From NCBI RefSeq assembly GCF_001949145.1, contig NW_019091355.1, positions 367,720-431,719 of the forward strand: DNA of 64,000 bases, in the 5' to 3' direction. A program made the position numbers and the translations under genes. The notes under the pieces are model-generated. The model was not told the origin of the DNA, searched no databases, and saw only the letters and a list, made by a program, of their open reading frames with translations. Position 1 is the first letter of the stretch; every line of letters begins with the position of its first letter. This DNA is from Acanthaster planci. Lineage: Eukaryota. Positions 1-12,200 of the stretch are shown one piece after another.

Positions 1-810
1 TGCGATGACACCCTCGAAGCGGGTTCCTGGTAACTTGGACCGCCTCAGCCGGTTCATGTTGCACACCGTCACAGCGGGGAAATCCACTGACGTGTTTGTA
101 ATAATATCAATGGTGGTACCATAGGGCCAAGAGAAGAAATCGAGAACCAGGTTAGTGCCTTGGAAGAAGAAGCCTCCAAATGCAACGCAGAGGATAACTA
201 ACCACAGGAAACTAGCAAAGCAGGAGGAGGCGTTGGCGATACGGGCGACTCCATGCGCTGTCGTCGAATCAGCAAAATTGGTCACAATTGAGCCGCAGGT
301 CACCGGATGATTCTCCTGTTGAGAATAGATTTCAAAATAATAAAAAGCTGGTACAGTTATTTTTTGCTTGTAACGAATAACATGGTTCATCCTGTCCGCT
401 GTTCTCCCCCAAGAAACTAAAAACGAGCAAAGCACTGCTTCTACCTAGTGAATAATCACAAAATGTAATTGCATCATTTAGGCCCTACATCTTCTGAAGT
501 GAAGTCTTCCAACTGTCTTTATTTCCGAATGTAGATTTCGCAATAGTGAGTTTGTTGAGGAAAACACTATTTGTTCTTAATGTGTGCTTAAATAGGCTTT
601 GCTTTCGTCAGGGACGGCTGATGTGATTGGCTCAGAGCCCTCTTGGTAGCACCGGTCATACGTCCACAAAGGTTCACCCACCTTCTCTGGTTCAGCTGCT
701 TTGGCTTCAACGCTAGTGGGGGCTTTATTGTGGTAACTTGGCAAGGGAATGGATTCCGATGGCATGACGACAAAGGCGTCGTCATATCCTGCTGGGATGC
801 CTGTTGTCAT
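1..810 (-). CDS. DEG/ENaC (ASIC/degenerin-like) sodium channel, 5' part; coding exons 810-682 and 315-<1, continues beyond the window
   Basis: Exon 315-1 translates to ENHPVTCGSIVTNFADSTTAHGVARIA...FLWLVILCVAFGGFFFQGTNLVLDFFSWPYGTTIDIITNTSVDFPAVTVCNMNRLRRSKL. This has the F..STT.HG gating motif, TM1 and the FPAVTVCN signature. Upstream exon: ATG at 810 (MTTGIPAG...AAEPEK), donor AAG|GTGGGT at 682/681, joining in phase 0 to acceptor caacag|GAG at 315. The first exon is less certain than the second. Confidence 0.92.
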
Positions 811-2328
811 GGTATTTTTGCTGTAAGAGTAATTCAGAACAGTATTTACAGATCAAAAGCAAAATTCCCACAGATGCCGACTAAAAAGACTCTACTTTCA
901 AAGAAATAATGATGGGAGGCTCCAGCTTTCTGATCTGAAGTCTTTGATCTGGCTCACTTTCGACTCTCCTTGTACAAAATCACAAGATGTCTTGCAACAC
1001 CATTGGTTTGAAGGTCATAGAAAATGGTTTGGGTTGGAGACAAAACCGAACTTTAAAAATAGTTCATGGTTTGTCCATCCTTCGACATCCAATTATTTGA
1101 ATGGTGGTGTTTCACTAAGTTCTTGCTTCCTTTCTCGTTTCGTTTTATGAGTCACCATTGTGGCTTTTACCCATTCCAGAGTGAATTGTAGAACGAAGAT
1201 GAAGTTGCTTAGCAGTACGGTATACTGAAAATCAGTTGAGTAGGTTTGTTTTTATGGGGATGAAGATGGATATAGACAAAATATGAAAGTTTATGGAAAT
1301 ATCGGCATTACCCACTTACAGTATCTTGGTTACTAACCCAAAGCGTATAAATCTTATCAACTAAACAGGTCTTGGAATGTCATAAAATGTGCCTTTATGT
1401 AATTCATTTGCTCTTTGCCAGCTTCAACTTAAAAAAAATTTGATAGTAATTTCTGTTACCAGTTTGCAACTATTGATTTAACATAGTTTAACGGTGCTTA
1501 TGTTGATCAAAACAAGTCAAAAATAATGTGACCCACCATACCAAAACCAGGTTGAAGCAGGTTTACTTGACAATGTATGCCCCTGCTGTTAAGTTTCACA
1601 TTGCAAAATGACCCACAGGGCAAATTTTAATCTGCTGAAGGTTCTGGTAGCGATGGGCAAGTAAACGTTGTTGAAATTCCACTTTTCATATGCGTACTGT
1701 TTCATTTTCTGGATGCTAACTTAGAAACCTTCAGCCCGAAAATCACCTCTTTCTTCCGATTAGAAAACTCTCATAGTAAATACTCGTAATACTTCCGTGC
1801 AACTTCTTCTTATTTCTCATTGCCTTTTCGTTATTGAAAATACATGTGTATGATGTAGATTCCAGTAGAGACTGACTTTGTCCCCGACATACGTCAGTAT
1901 TAAACGGAACCCTGTCGAGAGCTTAATACTTTTTATCCAAAGGAGACTCATAAGTACATGTACACCAATCGAGAAAATGTGCTCACTGCACTTACCTCAT
2001 CATGACCAGCTTTTCAGCGAGGTGGTCCTTGATATGGTTTCCTTGACTGGGTCTTCCTTGATGTGAATTTCATTCAGAATGAGTTACCCTGGGAAACAAC
2101 AGAGAAGCGGGCCCCTTCACACCGCTAACTCAACTCCTGTGTCCTCTCAAGAAAACGAAGTCCACAAGAAGGTAAAATCTTCCCGTCTTTCTGTGCTGGG
2201 CTATCGACATCTGCATTATACGTGCATTGTAAAAGTACACAAAAACTTTGAATTCAGCATAAGAAGTTTTCCTTGCCGCTGGCTAAATATCGATTCCTTG
2301 TACCACTTGCTTAATCCCCAGGACTTAC

Positions 2329-2520
2329 CGAGGGTAGTACGTAATCTGTTGCGGAGAATAATGGTTCTGTCGTTATGGTAACAGAGGACTGCGTTGTAAA
2401 TAATTGGTTGACTGAATGGGAGGGGCCGGACTCGCCAATCATCGGGTCAGACGTCAGCTCAGACGCACACCCCTAGACATCCCCGCCTCTGCCGACCACT
2501 TAGCCACGCCAATATCCAAA
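2329..2520 (-). promoter_or_regulatory. Possible promoter and first non-coding exon of the DEG/ENaC gene
   Basis: GC-rich patch with CCAAT (~2435, ~2508), a CRE-like GACGTCA and GC/KLF-like boxes. Minus-strand donors G|GTAAGT at ~2328 and ~1995 suggest 5'UTR exons. Confidence 0.35.
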
Positions 2521-3536
2521 CATACCCAACACCCAATGATTATCAATCTAATGTGTTCATGTATAGTACCTCCATTGTTAGTTCTGCTTCGTTCATAATC
2601 CATTTGTTCTATACAATCAAATTATTCAATACAGGACACTCCAGAGAAATGAATATACGAGATCCCACAAGCCTCTGGGAAGAAAAGACCAACAAAAGTC
2701 CCTCAGCTGACCATCCTTAAAATCTCCTCCACGATGGGTGTGCATCTATAATTCATGCGAGAGCCAAATCGACTCCCGGTCGATGGTTGAACAAAGATTA
2801 CGAGACCGCTATATTCTAAAGAGATAGCTCGATCCGAAGACAGAGTGTGCTGATCCTATGAATCAGATTTTATTTGCGAACATGTTGACAAAATAACTTC
2901 CTTGACGCTGGCGGATGACTTCTATGAACATCAATGAGCGGGGTAGTCGGTGGTCTCGAGTATCCTGAGTAGTTTTATTTAACATTATGCTCCCCAAACT
3001 GATCAAGGATATTTCGAGTGTTCATGCAATGAATAAAAATTTGACACATACTTTTCCAGTAGAGCGACGTTGAACCTAAAAAGGCATTCTTATCAGAAGG
3101 GTTGAAATTGTCGTATCTTGATTTCAACTTGCAAAATGTGGATGGATTTAGAGCACAGTGGCATCAATGAAAATGCCCTGAAAATGGAAACGTGAAATTA
3201 AAAATCACGTCAAATTAGATACAGATGATTTACAAGGGCCACTTTCAGACATTAATCAGTAATCTGTCAGCGTCTTCTCTTTATCTTTCGTATTCTGGGC
3301 TAAGGGTGATGTAGAACAGCACCCTTTTGGACATACGAACAACAGTGCCGTCGCCAAGAGAATCCAGTAACGTGATCAGAACAATCGTGATGCAGTTTTA
3401 ATTATTAAACATTCGAGTCCTTGCCCCCACAAAATTTACACAGTAGCCTCATGGCTTTTGTTACGCAAAAACGGGGGGATACAACCAATCAATGAGACTG
3501 CTTAAAGGCCAGCTTTCCAATTATAATTTGTTGATA

Positions 3537-3919
3537 AGGGCGCCCTTATTAAATTCTACGGTTCTCATTTCTTTTACCACTTGAGATAAGGTCGGTTGGT
3601 CGAAAAAAAAAATCTATAAAAAAAATCCATGTTGCTGGTTTAGGGCTATGCAAGAACCTCAGTCGGAAAGGTGCGGTATACCGAATGTTCACGCGAACGC
3701 CGACCTCGGTGTTGGTGGTTTGCGAAATCGTAAGTTTTCAGGGCTTTTGTTTTCAAAGGTCATGCTGGCCAATTTTTTCCCTTCGGTTTTTTTTATTTTT
3801 ATTTATTACGGTTTAGGTCTTTTTTGCAGGGTTGGCGGGGAAAAAACTTTTTCCGTGATCGGGAGCCCAAAATACGGTCGGTCAGAAATGAGAACCATAG
3901 AATATAAAAAGCATGCCCT
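3537..3919. mobile_element. Non-autonomous DNA transposon (MITE) with ~35-bp imperfect terminal inverted repeats, TA-flanked
   Basis: Left end AGGGCGCCCTTATTAAATTCTACGGTTCTCATTTC versus reverse complement of right end AGGGCATGCTTTTTATATTCTATGGTTCTCATTTC. TA at 3535-3536 and 3920-3921. No credible coding content. Confidence 0.7.
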
Positions 3920-5639
3920 TATGTACAGTGCCTGCAGTTGGGGGGAAAGGTATTTGTTTATTTTATATTCCTATTTCGGAAGAGTGGAAAGTCTTATTAT
4001 TGAAGGGTTTGAGCGCCGCGTTTTTCTCGTTGTTATTTCACAATATCCCCTCAGGTGTGTCTACTCCCTCACCTATATCATAATCCTCCAACAGAGAGCA
4101 GTTACGCTGGGGGGGGGCGGACTTGGCACGCACATGTCCCCCACCTCAGCCGAAGTCTGTGCTCCTCGAAAGACCCCATTAAGTTTGAGCATTTGATATG
4201 TACGCAAACTATAAGCCATACTTATTTGCTTTCAGGCCCCCTTGAAAAAAATCGGTACTTCAGAAATTTACCCCTGTCAAGTTGCTGGCAAAGATGAATG
4301 CACACTGCCTCATTCTGACCGGCCTCGCCCTCGTTGTCTCAAACTTTATGTGATGAATAAACCCAGGCCAATGTCCTTTTCTCGACTTGGCTCCCCCGCC
4401 CACGGACTGGGTGCCATGAAACATCTGCTGAAACGAATCCTAACGTACAGGTTTGTCAAGAATCAATCGGTTTGCAATATAACTTGTATAAAGAAGATAA
4501 AAATCAGTGGTCCTTGCGTTTGTGATGTGAACAAACGTGTACTCATCAGGAAGCACTCGTCAAGTGGTCCATGTTTTTGCTGGCTGGTTATGTGTTTCGC
4601 GTAATACCAAGCTTTTTTGTCCTCTTCTGAACGAAGAGAGAATAATCTTCGAATTGGTGGGGGTGCGGTCCTCTACCCCTTCCCCATTCGCTTTACGATA
4701 CACCACGCACCGCTTCCAGTTCTTTTACCTTGGCTCGCGAGTTCATCTCCGCAAGAATGCCATCTCCTAAAATGCTAGAACAAGCTTCGTCCCAAACTAT
4801 AATTTTTGTTAAATGCAGGTTTCAGGAAGTTGCTGATAGTGTGGACACAAGCCAGTGGCTTCGCAACACACAGGTATTAGAGGCAGTCCTAGCCGTAATT
4901 AACATTTGCAGATAGCCGCATTTGCCAACTTGGGTGTCGGTTGTTGGTGGCGCCCTTCATCTTGACCACGAACTCGTACGACGCGACGAGAGCCGGCGCG
5001 CACCCCAAGAAACCGTGACAGTTTCCCGTTGCACTGGGTAAATGGGGCTCATAGCAACAAACTGTAGTTTAGGAATCTAGTTGCATCATACAATTACCTT
5101 GAGTCATAGATATAAGTTAATATCACCTATTCCCACAAAAGAATTTTTACTGTTCAATGAAGAAGAACACAGTCACGGAGGAAGTCGATCCTTTTCCCCT
5201 TAATTGAGCACTCTCGCACAAAATCATCGCTGCCTAAAAAACAGTAAGGTTAACAATGAGACGAGTTTTTAATTAGTCATTTAGGGGGAGGATTTGAGAT
5301 TGAAAGCTACCGACGGAGTTTCTAGGCGAAGGTTTTGGGCTATGAAATTTTGTACTAAAAATTGGTTAAAAAAACCTTTTCTGTGTGATCTTGTGTGTTG
5401 CGACCAATTTTTTATCACGAATTTGTTTTATCTAAACTAGTGACTGAGAGGAACTATTCTCCAGTAATGGACCCATGTCCGCAAAATTTATGTGTGGCAT
5501 AGCAATGGCATGTTTAGTATGAATATGGAATAATATGTTGACGTGTATTTTAACTTTCAGCAAGTCGCCCTTTTTCCCCAACTTGCTGAGTGGTAAGCGT
5601 GCGTTCGCTGCTTAATCAATTACAAACTCGCACGGACAT

Positions 5640-5935
5640 GACTGAAATCGGCCGCGAACCAGCGAAGCCAACTTGCCGACGTGGCTAAACTGCGCATGTG
5701 CACATCCGGGAGTTGCCGAACGCGAACCATACGTGGCATTTGAGAAAGTGCGTAAGTCACTCAATATTTTCAACATTTCACCAGGAAAAGATTCGAATAC
5801 CTTTTTATAAATTCAACCGAAAGACGTTCTTGGTGTGTTAACGTAGACTTTATATTATCAGCTTTTATAAACTTTCAGAAGTGTGAGAAAACAAAGCAAT
5901 GTTGTGAACGGTAGGCGGCGGCCATTTTGACTGCA
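5640..5935 (+). promoter_or_regulatory. SEC24 promoter / first non-coding exon region
   Basis: CpG-rich; NRF1-like TGCGCATGTGCA at ~5692; donor GC|GTAAGT at ~5752; YY1-type GCGGCGGCCATTTT at ~5915-5928; located ~0.5 kb upstream of the ATG at 6234. Confidence 0.55.
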
Positions 5936-6233
5936 ACATGTGAATGGCGATGTGTGTTGACTGTTGGTGATGACATCTTAGACAACGTGTTTGTGCCTTC
6001 GTCACATCCAGTGGTACCAAATAGATGAACGTACACGCTGTATCTTTGAGAGCAGTTAGGTAGTAAGGTTGTCTACATATAGAATCATTTACATCTCCAT
6101 TAAGCTCGAAGTTTTACAGTTGAAGTGAGACATTTTCTGGCATAAAGTCTAGACTTCTTTTCTGTTTGAAACATCTGCACTGATCACGTCATCATCAGTC
6201 AGTAGGCCTTACGGACTAAAAAGTTTCCACAAA

Positions 6234-9200
6234 ATGTCACAGTTCATGAATCAAGGAACACCTCAGCAACAGGGTGGATATAACCCTCAACAGAACTACG
6301 GACAGCCCCCACAACAGGGCAGAGGCCCAGGCGTGTATGGTGCGCCACCAGCAAACAATTACTATGGTGGGCATGGTGGGCCTGGGATGAACTCACAGCC
6401 ACCCCCTACCTCAGTCCCACCACCTATGGGACCTCCAGCCCAGGGGACCAAACAGCCCATGGGGGCATACGGAGAAGGAAGGAGTAACTATCCACCGCAG
6501 GGCTATGGCCCAGGTTCACCAGCAATGAATGGTCCTTCTAGCCAAGGAGGTCAGCCCCCTTTGTCTAATCAGCAGCCAGCGTATAGCCAGCCTTTACAGA
6601 ATAATGGTTACAGTGGCCCTCCATCAGTGAGTAGTGGGGCTCCCCTTCTTGGTGGACCACCTACAGGCCCAGGCCAGATTGGATATGGTGGACAACAGAA
6701 CAGGTTAGTTCCCCTGTGATGTCTGCTATTACTATTAGTGCTAAATTTCATTCTCACAAATTTGTGCATATTAAGGTCACTCAGTACTTGATAATTGATT
6801 TGCATATTGTAGAGTTTACAGAAAATATTTCAGATGTATCATCGGCACTGTGGACGGAGTGTCAAGTGATGTCCCTGTATGGAATTCTTTCAAATGTTGT
6901 ATGCATGTATCAAGTTATAAAGTTATTATATGTTGTTCAAGGAGCGTGCAACGTTGTTCTACATTGTAATTGCCATTGCTGACTAGGTATAGAGTACCAT
7001 GTTTTTTTTTCCCAGTAGAATGGCCACTTCACAGCCAGGGCCTCCTACCCAGCCCCCAGCCAGCCAATCAGGCTACTACCAACCACAGCAGCAGCAGTAT
7101 GGCACAGCACCTGGTCAACTGACTAATCAGATGGCAGGAATGAACCTCAGTGGCCCACAGCGAGGAATGGTAAGTTGGAACCCATTTTCCTTTGGCCTAC
7201 AATCAACGCTTGTTCAGCCTTTGTAAGCGAAGTTTTCTTACGAATTGAGTAATTATTTCTGTACTGAAATTTCAGGAATGTTTACATTATGTTTTAGGGT
7301 TACTCAATACCAAACTGACTAGTTTTCTTGTCCCATTTTTGTCAGGGTCCTCCACCAACAAGCGTATCTCGCCCCCAGCCTCCCTCAAGTATGTCGGGAC
7401 CCCCTCCTCATAGCATGTCTGGACCCCCTTCTAGTATGTCGGGACCCCCTCCTCATAGCATGTCTGGACCCCCTTCTAGTATGTCGGGACCCCCTCAAGC
7501 ATCAATGAATGTCCCACAGCAAAGAGGCATGCCCCCTTCAAGTATGCCATCCAGTTCAGCCCCACCCTCAGTGTTTCAAACCTCAGGAGGTGGTGCCCCA
7601 CCCCCATCTGGGCCTCCGTACTCTGTCAGTGGGCCTACTATGGGATATCAACAGCCAGGACCACGTAGTGGTCCCACACCCCCAATGTCTCCTGCCGCAG
7701 GCTCTCCGAGAACTGGGGGTGCTCCACCCTATGGTGGTATGGGACAGCCAGGAGTGCAACAACCAGGAATGAGCCAACCGGGAATTGCCCAACCGGGAAT
7801 GGGCCAACCAGGAAGGGTCCAACCGGGAATGGGCCCGCCAGGAATGACGCAACCTGGAATGGGCCCACCAGGAATGGGCCAGCCAGGAATGGCCCAACCG
7901 CCTCAGAAAAGATTAGATCCAGACCAGATGCCAAGTGTGGTGAGTTGTTTGACATTGAGAAAATTGTGTTACCGTTGTGCAAAAAAGAAGCAGCAGGTGT
8001 GCCTTTGTGTGAGAATGGTAACTCATAAAGCACATTTCAACAAGAAAGACATGAGGACCTCTACTTGTTCCTGAATTATTACTTCAGAAAAAAATCTTTA
8101 TCTTGGAAATTTCTTTAACTTTATCTGTTAGATGATTCAGGATTACTAGGGATTATGGTAATTTTGATGTCAACACAATAAGTTTCAATACTCTAGCTCT
8201 TTATGTTGATCATTTCTTGAGTTGACCTTCTTTGTTCAATCTTCCTGCAGATCCAAGTGATTGAGGATGACAAGAGGAATCGTGGCAATCAACAATTCAT
8301 TACCAATGTCAGAGGTCAAGTCCCCCCTCTAGTCACGACAGACTTTCAGGTTGTTGATCAAGGTATGTCATTTTACATCCATACATTTTATGTATTCATG
8401 AGATAATTATTTCAGTATCTTCAGTCACACTGTGCATGAATAAGCACCTAGCAAGGAAGTCTCATGCGCAACTTTCTGTGAGCTATACAACTTGCTCTTT
8501 AAATCTTGACATTGTTATCAATTGTCTCTCCGCAGGAAATTGCAGCCCACGATTTATGCGTTCGACAATGTACAACATTCCTTGCAGCCAAGATATGATC
8601 AAGCAATCTCAAGTGCCAGTAGGAATTGTCATCTCACCCTTTGCAAAGTTACCCGATAACGAGGTACTCACAGAATTATCTAATTTGGGCCCAAGTATTG
8701 CCAAATTGAAATGGAGAAATCATGTTTTTGGTCTCAACCTGGCCCTCCTGGGTCCTTCAAAATCAAGTCAGTTTTGGCAGCATGAAGGAAGAAAAAGCCT
8801 AGCCAGTACTACTTAACATGGGTTTGATGTCACTTGAAAGTTTAAGTTCAAAGAATGTGTTGTTAGTATATTTCAGTGGAAGATTTGTAATGATAATAAT
8901 AATAACAATAATAATATAGGTATCTTTAAAACACCTTTAACATGGATCAAAGCACTGTACATTATCATTTTGGAGGATTCAGGAAGATTCCAGGTTGAAG
9001 ATGTGTTGCAGTCAGGCTGAGTTTGTTCAATGTAGTCACAGTTTTTAAGGGAACTTGACGAAGATTGTTACAGGGTACATGCCTGTGTTTGTTCTTACTG
9101 CTTGTTTGTTATCTTTACCAGGCTCCTCCCCCAATTGTTGACCATGGTCCCAACGGCCCGGTGCGTTGCAATCGCTGCAAAGCTTACATGTGCTCCTTCA

Positions 9201-12200
9201 TGCAGTTTGTCGACGGTGGTCGCCGTTTTTCCTGTGCCTTCTGCACCTGTATCACTGAAGGTAAGCCAGCCAATCTGTAATTCTAAATTTTGTAAAGCAT
9301 TCCCAGTTGAAATAGTCGTCATACTTGTGGGGCTGCCTCTGAATCTAGTGTCTAGAGCTAGGCTCACGTCTTTGTTGGTTGCAAAATAAGGTCACAAGCT
9401 AACTTGCGTACTGTCATAGCTTTCAGAGCACTTTCATACATGGAATGAGCCCGTCATTTTCAAATGCATTATCAGTTGAAAGCCAACAGAGATGTAGGAA
9501 GGTGTCACCCTAGGGTCAATTTCTGCCCAAGTCAGAAGCAATCATAGTAGCCAAGTAGATAAATGCTCTTGTGTGGAAAGTCTGTTAAATGCTATAATTT
9601 TGGTTAAGTGACCTGACTAGTCTGTTATCTTGACAGTTCCTCCAGAGTATTTCCAGCCTCTAGACCACAACAGTCGACGAGTGGATGCCTATGAGAGAGC
9701 AGAGCTGTGCAGGGGGACATTTGAGTATCTAGCAACGGCTGATTACTGTAAGAATAATACCCTCCCTAAACCACCGGCCTTCATCTTTATGATTGATGTC
9801 ACCTACCAGAGCATCAAGACTGGAATGGTTCATCTACTGTGTAGGGAACTCCGATCTCTTCTGGAGAAATTACCATGGTAATTGATCTCTAAAAACATTC
9901 TGAAAGAATTTAAATGAAGCCCATGTGCTTTGTGCATAAGTACTCCCGCGTTGGTGATGAAATGAAAGGCTGAGGCAACAATTAAACACTTATGGAGGGT
10001 TTGCATGGCTGCCATGTTGCAGGCCAGTGCATCTGTTTCATGGGGCATGCACGAAGGAAGTTTCCCTGCGGAATAAAAGAAGTGCCCTGCAAGATAGCTA
10101 TCATGCAAAACCTTTATGTGGGTCCTATGTCTGGCACTGATCTGTGATATAATTCCTGCAATTCATACCAGATTCACATGCTTTGTGTCGTCTCAAGAGC
10201 AATAGATGTAGTTGCTCAAGATTAGCTACCCCACTCATGGTAAACTATGCATGAAAATACTGGTGATTCACGATAGTACCCCTCGAAGCGTTTGCAATGC
10301 ATTGGCCAATCACAGTGTGCGAAATCTGTCAACCCAATGTGTGTTTGGAAGGGTTAACAGATTTTGTGCATGTAATTTGTCAGAACGTTGCAAACCCTTT
10401 GAGGCGCACGATTGTGAATCAACAGTATTGATCATCATGGATCATTTACATTAATTTCTTACTTATAATGTTCAGTGAGCATGGCATGCAAGAATCGGTC
10501 ATCCGTGTCGGCTTTGTCACCTATGACTCCTCCCTGCACTTCTACAACCTGAACAGCGCCCTCGCTCAGCCCCAGATGCTGGTTGTGTCAGATGTGCATG
10601 ATGTGTTCCTTCCACTGTTGGATGGGTTCCTGGTCAATCTATCTGAATCAAAAGCTGTCATTGAAAGGTATATTAAATTATTCTAAGCAGAGTCAATATT
10701 TTGTTGTGGTTTCCTCAAGAAATGGGAGATTTTTCAAAGAAGTTACAGACACTGGCTATATTAGTGTCCAAGTGAGGTGTAAGTGATATCCTGACTCTTT
10801 GATAAATGTTTCAACTCAGTAACAGGGAAAGATTATCACACAATCTTGTGACTTGTGTTCTTTCTCAGACCAATAGGGCAGATTTTTATTCACAACTGTT
10901 AGTCTTTCATTTACCAGGCAGGGATGAGATTCTGATTGTTCTTGATTTTTCTTTCTTCAGTTTGTTGGAGCAGATTCCTCAGATGTTTGCAGAGACCAGG
11001 GAGACCGAGACAATGCTAGGGCCAGTGGTACAAGCTGGACTAGAAGCCATCAAGGTGAGATTCAAAGTAGTCAGGCAGCTACTTTGTGCACAATTCATCA
11101 ATTGGAAGTTTTCATGTGCACTGCAGAAGACTCATAGACTCTGCACCATGCCATAGGCTTCAACTCATGAGGATCATTCTGACTCATTAGAATGCGTATT
11201 CTACAGAGACGTTCATTAATTGCATGATTGTCAACTGTTCTGTCCTTCACAGTCCTCTGATCGTACAGGCAAACTGTTTGTCTTCCACGCATCCCTGCCT
11301 ATTGCAGATGCTCCAGGCAAACTCAAGAACAGGGATGATCGAAAACTCCTGGGAACGGAAAAAGAGAAGGTACGAGAATAAAAGTTAGAAGTTCAATAGT
11401 GTTCGGTTGTCTACTCTTGAAGTCTTACACATTTTGGAAATGTAGTAAAGAACCATTTTTGTCAACAAATGTTGTGCTTCTAACCTTCCAGAACACAAGT
11501 GATTAGAATGTTCTGCTACCTAGCTTCATGTTGAACAGAAGGTTCTGCAAATTCTCAGAACTAGGTCTGAAAAACTGAAGATTTGCTTTGAGAGAGATAG
11601 ATTAGAAGCTACATTGATATGAAAAGAAAAATCTGCCTTTGGCCTGCACTGTTGGGTCATGGTGGTAGCTTGGACATAGAGTACCAAAGTGAATATGTCA
11701 TGCTCACAATTAGTGGTAAAAGGCATTAGTGCGAGAACCAGTGCGTGAACCAACACATGCGCGTACTCCATTCGTTTGCACTGCACACTCTGGTTCACAG
11801 TGACGTCACACTTCGGTACTCTCTACAGGTGAAATAACTTTCTCCCTGAATTCTGTTTTGTGCAGACATTGCTGTCACCCCAGATCAACTTCTACACTAA
11901 GCTCGGTCAGGACTGTGTAGCAGCCGGCTGTAGCGTGGATCTCTTTCTATTCCCCAGCTCCTATGTGGATGTAGCTTCAATTGGTCAGGTCACTACGCTG
12001 ACCGGTGGTCAGTGCTACAAGTATAACTACTTCCAGGTGAATTTAGCAGTAGGATTTGAGTTTTAGGTTGAACAAAACAATTAATAGTGACAGGATTTAA
12101 CCTGTAAACCTAGGAATAGTTGGCTGGATTGAACAGTTAGTTGAGGTTACTTTTAACTACAAATTTGCTGGTGGTTGGAATGAGTTTCTAATTGAACAAA

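Noticed and set aside
3648..4915. Cluster of 60-182-aa plus-strand ORFs
   Set aside because: They overlap a MITE and low-complexity DNA, with no recognisable domain or exon structure.
7583..8033. Repetitive minus-strand ORFs (AHSW/GPF repeats)
   Set aside because: Antisense shadows of the Sec24 QPGMG repeat.
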